Shown here piece by piece: positions 28,400 to 44,759 of a stretch of 64,000 bases of DNA. Made by a program: the position numbers and the translations under genes. Origin of the DNA: Eledone cirrhosa (Eukaryota). Each line of letters opens with the position of its first letter. Position 1 is the first letter of the stretch. The stretch lies in contig OZ024740.1 in NCBI GenBank assembly GCA_964016885.1, positions 52,824,001 to 52,888,000 of the forward strand. Direction: 5' to 3'. The notes under the pieces are model-generated. The model searched no databases. It was not told the DNA's origin and saw only the letters and a program-made list of their open reading frames with translations.

Positions 28400-29345
28400 A
28401 CAGAATTTGTTAGACCCTGAGGATTTTGAAGTTTTAGATTTCCCTGTTGGTTTTTGAGTGTCTATTGAAACAATCGGGTTAAAATTATAGTCAAGGTGGA
28501 CTATGCATATTTCTTTAGTGTTCTGGTTTAAGGTGTTTTGGGGGGTTGTTTTTCGAAAAATGCTTGCTTGGTGTTGCAGTTTGTGTCGGATATTTGAAGT
28601 TATTGTGACATGGTGTTTGGTGTGTCGGCTGCTGTTGATGATGCTAATTACTCTATATAATGTTTTACAGGGAGTTTTTAGTGGTATATCGGCTACAAAT
28701 ATTTGCCAGTTTTCTGTTGTTCTATGGAATACCTTTTGCTATTTTTTTATTTAGTTGTTTGAAACAAAGTTTTATTTCGGGTGATTGCGGTTTTGGCGTT
28801 TAATATCTTAGGGTTTCTCTGTTTTTATAGGCTGATTATATATATATATTTAATTTGAGTTGTATTTCTGTGTTGCCTTGCGGGATATATTTTCTTGATG
28901 CGTCTATATTTGTTTTGTTGAATATATATATACTGCAGCGTCAATGCTGCTAATTGTGTTGTTGAATTTTGAAAACCTTGATTCCAATTTTTGGTGCAAC
29001 TCATTTGAAGCGCAAACTATTTTAAAATTTATTCTTACTTTCTTTATTGTTATACGAGTGCGTCGTGATGACAATTAGTAGGTGGTCTGAGGAATTGTTT
29101 GCCTAGCGATTGTTGTATGTGGTTGTTTGAAGAATGGTATGTCTTGGAAGATACATGTATGTGTTATGAGGTCGATTGTTTAGGATATAAATTGAGTTCA
29201 ATTTTGATGAAATTAGCATCTCCTTTGTTATGTGAACTATTCGAAAACCAGCAAGTTTGAGTGCATTGAAGTGTTCCCTGATGGTGTTTGAGAGAGTATA
29301 ACACTCCGCTAGTAGGGGTGTGTAACCTGATGGAATGGTTTGTGT
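28400..29345 (-). pseudogene. Possible highly degraded PLE RT/linker remnant
   Basis: A/C-rich minus strand with faint peptides (RPHNTYMY; P*NNRKLANICSRYTTKNS) resembling the linker at ~2113. Confidence 0.3.
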
Positions 29346-29355
29346 GTCCAGTGTT

Positions 29356-29403
<48 letters not shown>

Positions 29404-29477
29404 TATATATATATACATATATATATGCACATGTGTACACACATGCACATATACACATACAGATATACAGGCATATA

Positions 29478-29534
<57 letters not shown>

Positions 29535-30279
29535 GATGGGTGCAACTCGATTTCGAGTAATGCCATCGCTTGATACTTAAGGATGAGCATCTCAGACGTA
29601 GCTCTTTTTAGTCCTGCCAGGGACTTGCTTATGGCCAGGCATATCATGCTTCGCAAAAAGTAGCATATCAAGCGATGCCTGTATTTGAAGCTTTTGTAAG
29701 TGAGGAAAGGCTTTGCACGGGACCAATCCCATGCTCTGAACATCGAATGCATTTACCCAAAAAGGTCTACATCATTGGATGCAAAAGAAGTCACAGGTTT
29801 TATATGAGAGTGACCTTCTCCTAGAGAAATGTTTTAATGAAAACTAAGAGTCTCTCGCTCCACAAAAAATGTCTCCTGAGTTCCTTCGCCCTTTGACGGG
29901 TCTTGTTTTTCATCTCACAGACTGTCTAAAATCGCCCCCCCCCGCCAACCCCACCAAGCAGGCTTGGTGGGGTTGCTTGTTTAGTCACCGACGCCCAGAC
30001 CATGCACATGTAGTACTGGGTTACATGTTACCAGTATATATGTATACACACACACACATATATATTATAAATATAGTTATACACACAGACACATATATAT
30101 ATATATATGTTTATTATGTCCTTCGTCCTTCGTGTGGCTAGTTTTTGTTTTGTAAGCCTACATTTCTAGTGTAGTTTCATAGGAGTCAGTTTATGAATGT
30201 AATTTATATCAATATCACTAAATGTAAGTTTTTATGTATGTTAGAAAACTACTCGTTTTCAAAGTGTCTATTCTCAAAA

Positions 30280-30476
30280 ATTTGTATTTAATTTGAATAA
30301 TAGTACTGTAGGACATCACTACTACAGTAGCTATTGGTGTCTGAGATTAAGTTTCTGGAATACAACATGCCCTTCAACAATGTTTTAAAACGTGTTAAAT
30401 ATGCTTTTATCACACACTTAGTTTTTCTCATCCAAACCTCTAGTTCTAGTATATTGATATATTTATAGGCAGCCAT
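30280..30476 (-). pseudogene. R4/Dong-like non-LTR RT C-terminal remnant
   Basis: YKYINILE..Y.TR.K.LLKGML.SRNLISDTNSY..VLQY resembles YKYLG..Y..R...L...N.I.AIN...VL.Y. Confidence 0.55.
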
Positions 30477-30529
30477 TTAGGATGACCAAAACTTTTTCCG
30501 GATTGCAGCTGAATATCACTGACTGTCTT

Positions 30530-30892
30530 TCTCACATTAACTTCTTCAAGTTTCACTTGAAGAGAAATGAGCTGCCCTCCAGTAAATTTACTGAAAGAAG
30601 TGTGAGAGTAGCGAGGCTGGCTCGTGTGAAAGGGCCTCTCTCAGCATGCGCCTGTAGGCCGGCTAAAACAGCTGGAAGATGGTATGTATGCCTTGATGGT
30701 CAGGGTAATCCTGGATCTATAGTGTTCTTTGATTGGCTCTCCTCATACTAGGACCTCCCGATTTCTTTTGTGTATTCTTATTTCCCAAGCAAGTTCTTCT
30801 CTATAATCGATTCAGCAACCTTTTCCTCCAAGACTTTTGTAATTTCTTCTTGTAATATTTAAGTACTCGTCTTTCTTGTGGCAAGAATAAAC

Positions 30893-30924
<32 letters not shown>

Positions 30925-30989
30925 GTAAAATCCCCGGCATGTCTTTGTATTGTCCCCTTTCTTGTTGCGCCCTTGTGGCTAATAAAGAA

Positions 30990-31065
<76 letters not shown>

Positions 31066-31336
31066 CCTCTCTATTGAGGATTTTGTTAAAAATTTTATTT
31101 TTTGTTATATCTTATTTTATTTTTATATTTTGTTATTGCCTCCTCCTTATTGAGGACGCCTTTTTGTGTAAACTCCCCCCTTTGTACTTGTCCCACTTTT
31201 GATGCCCTAGTGGCAAATAAAAGAAATATATCTATCTATCTATCTATCTATCTATTTTACACGTTTTTATTGTATGTAAACTTCCCCCTTTGTATTTGTC
31301 CCCTTCTTTTGTGCCCCTGTGGCTAATAAAGAAATA

Positions 31337-31340
<4 letters not shown>
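30530..31340 (+). mobile_element. Stack of four Tx1-like 3' fragments separated by (ATCT)n
   Basis: Four ends of type GTGGC..AATAAA..ATCTATCT (~30890, 30990, 31228, 31336). The first retains a diverged ORF2 end (VARLARVKGP). Confidence 0.82.
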
Positions 31341-31410
<70 letters not shown>

Positions 31411-31471
31411 CATACATACATATATAGATATATATACATGGCCTCAATCAGGAACAGGTAAAAGAGTAAAA

Positions 31472-31533
<62 letters not shown>

Positions 31534-31544
31534 TTAAGTCAAAT

Positions 31545-31953
31545 ATGTAAAATTTGGCTTCGTTTATTATAAATTATAGATATACTGCTATATATATTTC
31601 GGTGGCAGCCATCATTGGCTGTGACCGCTTCAGGCAGTCCGAATTGGTGTGGGAAAGACAAGTACACATGTTGTTGAAGTGTATTTTACTCCGTCAATAC
31701 ATCGATATGTCCAGCTCCTGGTTGTGTTGTTATTCCTCTGAGGAACTGGAATCATGGATATGATTCTAGTTCCTCAGAGGAATAACAACACAACCAGGAG
31801 CTGGACATATCGATGTATTGACGGAGTAAAATACACTTCAACAACATGTGTACTTGTCTTTCCCACACCAATTCGGACTGCCTGAAGCGGTCACAGCCAA
31901 TGATGGCTGCCACCGAAATATATATAGCAGTATATCTATAATTTATAATAAAT
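31545..31953. mobile_element. Family D palindrome (~190-bp arms, centre ~31757) with hammerheads at 31877-31931 (+) and its mirror (-)
   Basis: ACTGC-CTGAAGC-GGT..ACC-GAAA-TATATA-TA-GCAGT (A9 is C in this copy). Confidence 0.82.
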
Positions 31954-32148
31954 GCCCTTTATGGGACATCTGATACCCATATTTTTTGCACATAGACCAA
32001 TGAAATCTCATCTCTGACCACTCGTTTGTTTTGTTTCATTTGTCATCATTTGCTCTTCGTATTTTTCTACTGCATTGTACTGGCTTTTAAAAACTATTTA
32101 TCGGTCTTGACTACACGCACACACACGCACGCACACACACACGCACAC

Positions 32149-32288
<140 letters not shown>

Positions 32289-32712
32289 TTGGCAGTATTG
32301 GTAGAGGGTCGGACGCCATGCTTTGCAGCACAGTGTTACCGTCCTTTACGGTCTGAGTTCAAATCCCGCCGAGGTTAACTTTGCCTTTCATCCTTACGGA
32401 GTCGATAAAATAAAGTACCAGTAACGTACTGGGGTCGATTTAATCGACTTTCTCCTCCCCCAAAATTGCTGACCTTGTGCCTATATAAGAAACCATTATT
32501 ATATTATATATATATATATAAGGGCGGTGAATTGGCAGTATCAGTAGAAGGTTGGACGCCATGCTTTGACGCAAAGAGTTACGTCCCTTTACGATCTGAG
32601 TTCAAATCCCGCCGAGGTTAACTTTACCTTTCATCTTTACGGGGTCGATAAAATAAAGTACTAGTAATGTACTGGGTAATTGCTGGCCTTGTGCCAAAAG
32701 TAGAAACAATTA
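32289..32712 (+). mobile_element. Two S1 SINEs
   Basis: A/B boxes and body at ~32289-32500 and ~32522-32712. Confidence 0.88.
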
Positions 32713-33182
32713 TATTATATATATATATATTATATATAAGAGACAAATATACTCGAAGACAAATTTTAAACTATATTGATATTTAAGAGTGTAGAGAAAT
32801 GTGTCAAAGCTTTTCTAAAATGGCAGATATAGACACTGAAGCTAGAGAATCAATGTAAAACTATCCATACACAAACTTAGATGAGTATGAAACTGATAAG
32901 GTTCTATATACAAAAAAAAAAAAGAAGAAAAGTGACAAGAATATTTAGAAATGAGTAGTGCCGGATGTATGAGACTTGTAATAAAGGTCTGAATAACAGA
33001 AATAAGATTATAAAGAATAAGAAAACAAACCATCACAATCAAAGATAGAAAGATAATATCATGCGTCCTAATATATATTTCATGGTGAAATATATATATG
33101 CACAGAAGCAAACGCGTTCACACACAATTTTAAGTACATATATTCGGATACTTATATGCATATACTCATATATATATATATA

Positions 33183-34197
33183 AAAATGAGGTAAATATCT
33201 CTCAGAGTACTAAGTACCCATAGAGATATATAGGGTGTCTATAATATAATTGTTGTTCTATGGTGCTAATTCGAGATACCAGAACTATAAAAATTGATGA
33301 GCAGAACAAACAAACATTAAACAAGCCTTTAAATAAATTAAAAAATTATTTAAATATCTACCTGTTCATAATGCTATTACCGGCGGTTTCCATTTACAAA
33401 AGATTAGAAATTCGGAGAATTTCTAACGGAAAGTAAATTTCATCAGATAGCTATTTCCTCCTATAGGACTTAAGTCCCACGGTCTGCAAATATAATGCCA
33501 ACTACCAGCTCGTATGAGTTATGGCCGTTAAAGTGACCCACACGTGAACCGGCCGCTAGTGAAAGCGGGAATATTACAGACGTGTTGATGGCTTTTCTGA
33601 ATTTCCATCTTTTGTGGATGGAAACCGCTGGTAATAGCATTATGAACAGGTAGATATTTAAATCATTTTTTAATTTATTTAAAGGATTGTTTAATGTTTG
33701 TTTGTTCTGCTCATCAATTTTTATAGTTCTGGTATCTCGAATTAGTACCATAGAACAACAATTATATTATAGACACCCTATATATCTCTATGGGTACTTA
33801 GTACTCAGAGAGATATTTACCTCATTTTTAAATATTCTCCAATCTATGTAGAGAAAAAATTCGTTGTTGCTTACTGTTATTTTTTTTAGCAGCAAAGCCA
33901 TCAGCACGTCTGTAATATTCCCGCTTTCATTAGCGGCCGGTTCACGTGTGGGTCACTTTAATGGCTATAACTCATACGAGCTGGTAGTTAGCATTATATT
34001 TGCAGACCGTGGGACTTAGTCCTAAGGATGGAAATAGCTATCTGATGAAATTTACTTTCCGTTAGAAATTCTCAGAATTTCTAATCTTTTGTAAATGGAA
34101 ACCGCCGGTAATAGCATTATGAACAGGTAGATATTTAAATAATTTTTTAATTTATTTAAAGGCTTGTTTAATGTTTGTTTGTTCTGCTCATCAATTT
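33183..34197. mobile_element. Family G: inverted copy (33183-33600) plus ~1.2 tandem units of 477 nt (33606-34197), hammerheads at 33373-33451 (-) and 34037-34115 (+)
   Basis: GCTAT-CTGATGA-AATTTAC..GTAAATG-GAAA-CCGCCGG-TA-ATAGC. GAAACCG at 33621 and 34098. Confidence 0.83.
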
Positions 34198-34221
34198 ATA
34201 TATATATATATATATATATAT

Positions 34222-34908
34222 TGAAATACCAATGATGGTTGGAAGATCACTGATGAAGGACTAACTTTATTCATATGTAACCCATTAGCAACCACGCAGC
34301 ACGTTTATTCTCATATTTACACATATTTTTTCCCTCGCTGTGACCCGTCTATTTCGTTCTTACTGCTTCCCCTTTCTCTGTATCTTTACCCTCTCTAGCA
34401 GTCACTCTCTCTGGTAGCCTATTCCTCACCCTTCACTCACTCACTCTCTGTTACTACCTCTCCTCCTCCTCCTTCTTCCCGTTTGACCTGTGCGTAATTC
34501 TTTTCTTTCGCACCCTTGGTCAGGCAGGTCTCCTTTTTTTTCTCTCTCTCGTCTACGATTTCACAGAACTTATGTTTACCGAATTCACAGACTAGATTCC
34601 TTCTTCCTCCCGTTAGATCTGTACGGAATTCCTTTCTTGCTCACATTTCAACCAGGTTTGATGGTCTTTATTCTCTCTCGTTCACGATTTCACCGAACTT
34701 ATATTCATGGAAATTTGGGACTTGATTCCTTCTACCTCACTTTTCGTTGCTTCACCATCTTTGTTTGTTTACACTCTCGTGTCCCCTTTATTTACGTGTC
34801 CCAACGACTTTTTTTTAGCCGTTGCTCGCACCAACCGGAGGGATATGGTCTTTAAAGCGATGAAATACCAATGATGGTTGGAAGATCACTGATGAAGGAC
34901 TAACTTTA

Positions 34909-34912
<4 letters not shown>
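34222..34912 (+). mobile_element. Family H pyrimidine-rich element with terminal direct repeat (unit 639 nt)
   Basis: TGAAATACCAATGATGGTTGGAAGATCACTGATGAAGGAC at 34222 and 34861. Homologue at 41228-41830. Confidence 0.75.
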
Positions 34913-34993
<81 letters not shown>

Positions 34994-35021
34994 CATATAT
35001 ATATATAAATATATATATACA

Positions 35022-35112
<91 letters not shown>

Positions 35113-35363
35113 GTAATAATAATAAATTTGAAGACTAAAATCCAAAGAGGGCTCGATAAGGATAAGTATATATCAAATATATAAGAACCGTAGAGCAAAT
35201 ATTTATTAAATAACAGATTAAAGTTTAAGCAAAGAATCGCTGCTTTCACCCTTAACGGATGACATTGGCCTTGCATTGGTATGTAGGGACGACTGCTGAG
35301 GGGAACTTTCTATGTGCAAAATCCCTGGTCATTCCTGACCGAAGTGGGTCTTAAATATATATA

Positions 35364-35408
<45 letters not shown>

Positions 35409-35665
35409 CGGTAGTAGTAGTAGTAAAGGTGTAGTATTTGTAATCGTAAGGGTGTGAGTTCGGTTCTCGGACCTGCGCGAGGAGTTGTGTCCATGATCGT
35501 GACACTTTATTTCATGTTACTCCAGTTCACTCAGCTATAGAAAGAAGTTTAGACATTTCTGGTGCCAAACTGTACGGGGGGCACCATAATTTACCTTGGT
35601 GGCCCTTGAAATATATGTAATAAAATAATTATGGTTTTATAAATATAGTTTCCATTTATTAATAT

Positions 35666-35721
<56 letters not shown>

Positions 35722-36009
35722 GTATGTATGAAAGGAGAAGGACCCACTTCGGTCAGGAATGACCAGGGATTTTGCACCTAGAAAGTTCCCCTCAGCAGTC
35801 GTCCCTACATACCAATGTCATCCGAGGGAAAGGCAAGCCCCCGTACAGTTTGGCACCAGAAATGTCTAAACTTCTTTCTATAGCTGAGTGAACTGGAGTA
35901 ACATGAAATAAAGTGTCACGATCATGGACACAACTCCTCGCGCAGGTCCGAGAACCGAACTCACACCCTTACGATTACAAATACTACACCTTTACTACTA
36001 CTACTACCG

Positions 36010-36083
<74 letters not shown>
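35113..36083. repeat. Composite of family K repeat, (TAG)n-headed CORE SINE and family A fragment, with inverted copies
   Basis: 35274-35350 is the reverse complement of 35740-35817, and 35365-35578 is the reverse complement of 35838-36083. Family A 3' half at 35580-35670. Confidence 0.75.
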
Positions 36084-36084
<1 letters not shown>

Positions 36085-36250
36085 TATATATAAATTTAGT
36101 ATATATATTTAGATATATATCTATATATATATGTTTATATACATATACATATATATATATATATATTTATAATATATATATATATATATATATACGGTAT
36201 ATATAAATGAAAAGTATAGAAATTATTGTAGCAAGAAGCCAAATATATAT

Positions 36251-36339
<89 letters not shown>

Positions 36340-36731
36340 CATATACACACATATATCTACCCATATGTATATGTAATATATAAGTGTTAATATATACATA
36401 AACTTCATTGCCAAAAGGGTGGTTGAAGAGGAATGTAGATGCTTTTGTTCATTTGTCCCAAGTATTTCGTTTTTTTCGTGAGCAAACTTATATATATATG
36501 TATACCCATATACTTATTTACAAATATATTTCAAAATATATAAACTGAAACAGGTGTAAACACACACACACACAGAATCTGGGACGTACTGTCGTCTATT
36601 TGTACTTGCACACCCCCTCTCTCTATATGTGATATTAAATGTATATATGCTTTAGTATATGTGTCTGTATGTACTTGTGTGTGCCTGTCTCTCACAACTA
36701 CACTCCCTGTGACTCTCTCTAAGTGTAAATA

Positions 36732-36800
<69 letters not shown>

Positions 36801-37016
36801 ATATATATATATATAATATATATATATATATAATATATATATTTTAGTCTTCAAATTTATTATTATTACTATATATAATATATATATATATATAATATAT
36901 ATATATATATATAATATATATATATATATATAATATATATATATGTATATATATATGTATATATATGTATATATATATATATACATATATATACTCACAC
37001 ACACACACACACAAAC

Positions 37017-37119
<103 letters not shown>

Positions 37120-37120
37120 G

Positions 37121-37182
<62 letters not shown>

Positions 37183-37201
37183 GTATATATATATATATGT
37201 A

Positions 37202-37293
<92 letters not shown>

Positions 37294-37456
37294 GTATGTA
37301 TATATATATATATGTATTGTTGCGAACAATAAACTGTGCACAAATAGAGTGTTGCTTATATAAGTGTCCTTAGACCTGAATAGATTTTAATTACGATGTT
37401 TAAAAATAGTGTTTAACATTAATGAGAAATTCAAACGAGAATCCACAATACATTTG

Positions 37457-38107
<651 letters not shown>

Positions 38108-38375
38108 TATATACAAATATATATAATATATATATACACACATAACTGCAAACATATAAAAACCTATATATAAGTATATGGAGTTATCTTTATATATACA
38201 TAGTAATATGAAATGTACAAGAAGAACTGCGAAACCGGTAAAGGAACCAAATAAATATATATATTTAAAAAAATAATAAGACTCCAGTTGCATTTTCGAT
38301 TTCATCTCTTTTTCTTTATACTTTCACTCGTGTAGGACACCTCGGTTATTTTTCAATTTGTAAAAAAAACCTCAC

Positions 38376-38448
<73 letters not shown>

Positions 38449-38609
38449 GAAGCAAATTATAAAGGTAAACATGTAAGTATGTTTTTGAAATGGTGCTCGA
38501 GTTTGAAATTAGAAATTAGAAATTATAAGCTTTCACCGTATTTTAGACTAAAGAAATTTCTATCCTGATAGTGGGGTTTATAATGGAAAAAGATGAGTGT
38601 TGCCGTACA

Positions 38610-38703
<94 letters not shown>

Positions 38704-38706
<3 letters not shown>

Positions 38707-38882
38707 GATATTATCAAATGGAAACTATATTTATAAAACCATATAAATATGGTTTTATAAATAAATAAATATAGTTTCTATTTGATAATATCGTATTTTT
38801 ACTCCAATTATTTGTTGAGTGCTTTATATCAGTTATAAAAATATTTGCTTGTTGCATCCCAACAATTTAAATAGAACTTTTA
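38704..38882. mobile_element. Short family A fold-back lacking the ribozyme
   Basis: TACGATATTATCAAATGGAAAC..TTTGATAATATCGTA palindrome, then the tail TACTCCAATTATTTGTTGAGTGCT. Confidence 0.75.
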
Positions 38883-38892
38883 CACACACATA

Positions 38893-39325
<433 letters not shown>

Positions 39326-39382
39326 AATATATATATACATATATATATATATACACATATATATATACATATATATATATAC

Positions 39383-39417
<35 letters not shown>

Positions 39418-39790
39418 AATATATATTATATATATATATACATGCATATATATATATATATTTCATATATTTAACTATATACGTATATATATATATATAC
39501 ATATATATGTGTGTGTGTATATATACATGTATATATATGTGTGTGTGTGTTTGTGTATGTATGTGTATGTGTGTGCGTGTGTGCGCGCGCGCGTGTACTT
39601 GTGTATCAGTGTGTGTGTGTGTGTGAGAGAGTATTTGTATATATATATATATACATGTACATATATACTTTTTTATTATCTATATGGATGTCATGTATAT
39701 TTTCTTATAATATATAATAAATAAATTATATAAAAATTATATCTATATAATCTACATTGCGTATGTAATAAATATCCTTTAATTTTTATG

Positions 39791-39868
<78 letters not shown>

Positions 39869-40016
39869 ATATATATATAAAAATATATATATATATATAC
39901 ACACACACATATGCGTAAGTATATATACATATATATCTACATATACTTTTAAATATATGAAATATTTATTAAAATCTTGTATGCATGTGTCTCGATGTCA
40001 TATGCATAATTCAAGG

Positions 40017-40087
<71 letters not shown>

Positions 40088-40369
40088 CTATACATCTGTA
40101 CATATATCTATACATCTATATATCTATCTATATATATATTTTATATATATATATATATATGTATATAAATATATATTTATATGTATATATATATGTATGC
40201 ATATGTATATATATATACATGCAAATTATAAAGGTAAACATGTAAGTATGTTTTTGAAATGGTGCGCGAGTTTTTGAAATGGTGTACAGATGTATAGATA
40301 TATGTGTGTGTGTGTGTGTGTGTATGTATATATATATATATAAATATACATACATTTATATATATATAA

Positions 40370-40547
40370 ATGTTTCTACTTTTGGCACAAGGGCAGCAAT
40401 TAACCAGTACATTACAGGTACTCTATTTTATCGACCCCGTAAGGATGAAAGGCAAAGTGAACCTCGGCGGGATTTGAACTCAGACCGTAAAGGGACGTAA
40501 CTATGCTGGAAAGCATGGTGTCCGACTCTCTACCGATACTGCCAATT
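40370..40547 (-). mobile_element. S1 SINE
   Basis: Reverse-complement B-box and body. Confidence 0.85.
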
Positions 40548-40948
40548 AGTATTGCGAGGTTTTTGATATGAAATCGTGTGTCGAAACAAATATTGTTATA
40601 CTTGGGGAGGGTCATATTGTTATAATAATATTGCCAGAATTAATAACAGAACACACTCACTGCTTCGTTGGTTTTCGCTTCTGTGTCTTTTAAATCGGTT
40701 AATTTAATTTATTCGGTCCTCAATGTTATCATTGACTGCCCAACGTTCAAAATTACAGATACAATATAGACACAAACACATATATATAGTCTAACAAAGT
40801 TCTTTTGTTGCACATCTGCAACATCGTCAGTGGTGCTATTATGTTTCCTCCTTGTTGTATTGTATGCCTACGCCATCTTTATTTAGTCTGTTTATTTATT
40901 TATTTAATTCTATATATATATATATTATATATATATACATATATATAT

Positions 40949-41211
40949 AAGGAAAGGAAATTGAAAATGGAACTGGAGTCTTTTAAGAATACTTATTTAT
41001 GTACTTTACCGGTTTCACAGTTCTTATGCTTTTCAAAAGTAAAATTGAGATGGAGGATTTATGTCTGTGTTGCGGTTTGTCGACAAACCACAAGAGAAAC
41101 ACCAACCCTTCATCTCGATTTTACTTTTGAAAACCATAAGAACTGTGAAACTGGTAAAGGAATTAAATATTCTTAAAAGACTCCAGTTCCATTTTCAATT
41201 TCCTTACCTTA
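40949..41211. mobile_element. Family L fold-back with variant hammerheads at 41002-41041 (-) and 41122-41161 (+)
   Basis: Minus reads TACTT-TTGAAAA-GCATAAGAACTGT-GAAA-CCGG-TA-AAGTA, with a 5-bp stem I. Confidence 0.75.
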
Positions 41212-41227
41212 TATATATATATATATA

Positions 41228-41830
41228 TGACGAAGGACTATTTTTATCATATGTAACCCATGTGCAAACCACGCAGTATTCTACTTTCTTCTCATGTTTT
41301 TATATATATTTACCTCGGCTGCGTTTGTCTGTTTCTCTCTTACTGCTTCCCCGCTCTCTCTGTTTCTCTCACCTTCTTTCGCCCCCTCTGTCAGTTACAC
41401 TTTCTCTCGACTGACCTCTTCCTCACATTTCCACTCACTCACTCTCTGTTTCTCCCCTTCTCACTTCCTCCCGTTTGGCTTGTGTGGGTCTCTTCTTGCT
41501 CACATCTCACACACATCAACACGGTCTGTACCTCTCTCGCTCATGAAATCCACCCAGCTATTGCTGACCGGACAACCATGTTGCTTGTTTATTTTCCTAT
41601 CTTCGGTTTGCTTTTATCCTTCTATGTTGTTTACCTGTCCCCCTCGCCTTACGCGAATTCTGGTCCCAATAACTTTTTTTAGTTATTGCTCGCACCAACC
41701 TGAGGTATCTGATTTTTAATGCGATGAAATACCAATGATGGTTGGAAAATCACTGACGAAGGACTATTTTTATCATATGTAACCCATGTGCAAACCACGC
41801 AGTATTCTTCTTTCTTCTCATGTTTTATAC
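41228..41830 (+). mobile_element. Family H element, terminal direct repeat (unit 526 nt)
   Basis: TGACGAAGGACTATTTTTATCATATGTAACCC at 41228 and 41754. Confidence 0.75.
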
Positions 41831-41832
41831 AT

Positions 41833-41896
<64 letters not shown>

Positions 41897-41963
41897 TGTC
41901 ACAATTTTTCTGAAATACATCAATTTATATTCAAGTATATTAAATGATCGTTTTCTTACATGC

Positions 41964-42008
<45 letters not shown>

Positions 42009-42236
42009 TAAACGGAAAAGAAAATGCTGACAAATTGTTCACAGTGAAAAATAGTTTAATTAGGAATAAGTGAGAATTAGTAATAGTATTGGTTAGTATT
42101 CAGTTTTGGTTTTAAGTTTTACCGGTTGCGCATTTCTAATGCTTTTCAAAAATAATTTTGAGATAGAGCGTCCGTGATATTTGCTCTAATCTAATATATA
42201 TATATATATACTTACTTGTATATTTTCACACACACA

Positions 42237-42367
<131 letters not shown>

Positions 42368-42795
42368 TTATATATATATTTATATATATATTTATTTATT
42401 TATTTATTTATACTTATATATATATATTATGTATATATATATATGTGAGTGTTTATGTATATGTTTATATATATATATATAGGCACCCGTTTTACGTGTG
42501 TTGTATTGAAGCGAATAGCTATTGAAGCGAATACACGCATATATATACACACATATATATATATACATATATATATATGTATATATATATATGTATACAT
42601 ACCCATTATTCATGCCTGTGTAACATGGAGTGTATATGTATGTATACACACATACACATATATTTCCAGGTATGTATAGGTGTATATATATATACATATT
42701 CATGTATATAAATACGTACATATATATATATCTGTATCTGTATGTATGTATGTATGTATGTATGTATGTATGTATGTATGTATGTATGTATGTAT

Positions 42796-43292
42796 CAACT
42801 TCTTTCAAAAACGAAAGAGAGGCGGTTTTCCTCTGTATATTGTCTATGGTAAGAGAGATTATATGGTGGACGAGTTTGAGAGGACTGAGGGCAGATGCCT
42901 TTCTCTCCGGACAACAACTCATTCCCTTCTTTAGGTACCACTTTAGAAGGGGAATCAGAGTGGAGAGAGAGGCACTGCACCTCAGTATATTTACTGAAAG
43001 GTGGGTGAATGTAACAAAAATGGCCCGAGTGATTGGGCCTTCTCTGTATATAAACCTGTAGGTTGAAGATGAGGAAAGGAACACTTGCACAACGCGCTCC
43101 TGAAGTTGAGGGTTGTTCTATCGACGGAGTATTAAACAACCCATTTGTAACGCCTCCCTCCTATTGGGGATTTCGATTGTTGAATTTGTTTGTTTAAACA
43201 TTTTTTTTACACGATTGTATGTAAAATCCCCGGCATATGTCCTTGTATTGTCCCCTTTTCTTGTGCGTCCTTGTGGCAAATAAAGAAATATA
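42796..43292 (+). mobile_element. Diverged 5'-truncated Tx1-like LINE in (TATG)n
   Basis: EREAVFLCILSMVREIIWWTSLRGLR..RRGIRVERE matches the ORF2 end. 3' end GTGGCAAATAAAGAAA. Confidence 0.88.
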
Positions 43293-43624
43293 TCTATGTA
43301 TGTGTGTATGTATGTTATGTATGCATGTATGTATATATGTATATATATATATATACACAACACACACACATACACACACATATATATATATATATATACA
43401 TACATACATGTATATATAATGTATATAAAGAGAGAGAGGGAGAGCTAATATAACAACTGATAACGTTACAAGGATATGTTTGGCTTAATGTTATCAGCTG
43501 GCTACTGCTATTTAAATTGTACTATCAATAATCAGATTCTAGTGTATATAAACGAAACGATATATTTACAAATATGTGTATATTACACATAAAACATATA
43601 CAAAATTATTTTAAATAAAATATT

Positions 43625-43943
<319 letters not shown>

Positions 43944-44167
43944 TATATATATATATAAATAAATATATAACATAAATATATCTATGCATGTATATATATA
44001 CTGTATTATATGTATATACGTATATATATAAATATATATGTTTATATATCTACATATACACAAACATTATTTATAAATACATACACTTACATACACATAC
44101 ATATATATATACATATATATATATATGTATATATATATGCGTGTGTGTGCGTATGTGTGTGAGTAAG

Positions 44168-44198
<31 letters not shown>

Positions 44199-44210
44199 AA
44201 ATATATAATG

Positions 44211-44251
<41 letters not shown>

Positions 44252-44353
44252 CTATATATAATATATATAATATATATATAATATATATATGAGTGTGAGT
44301 AAGTATATATATTTATATATATATATATATTATGTATAAACTCATACGCAAAC

Positions 44354-44405
<52 letters not shown>

Positions 44406-44759
44406 GTATGTGTGTGTGTGTGTGTATGTATTTATAAATAATTTTTGTGTATATGTAGATATATAAACATATATTTATATATATATATATGTATATATAC
44501 GTATATACAGATAATACAGTATATATATGTGTATAGATATATTTATGTTATACATATATATACATACATACATTATATATATAAAATTAACGAGATAGGA
44601 GATTGATGCTATAGTATAATGATAGATATATTTCTTTATTAGCCACAGGGGCTATAGTATAATGATAGATAGACTTAGAAACATGTATTCAGAGTTAGAT
44701 AGATTTATTCACACATACCTAACAACCGGCGCATGTGTATACTATAATATACATTGTGA

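Noticed and set aside
31563-31953. MITE or DNA-transposon interpretation of the palindromes
   Set aside because: Arm lengths and ends differ between copies, one arm is usually longer, and ribozyme cores are present. This fits PLE-type inversion better than fixed TIRs.
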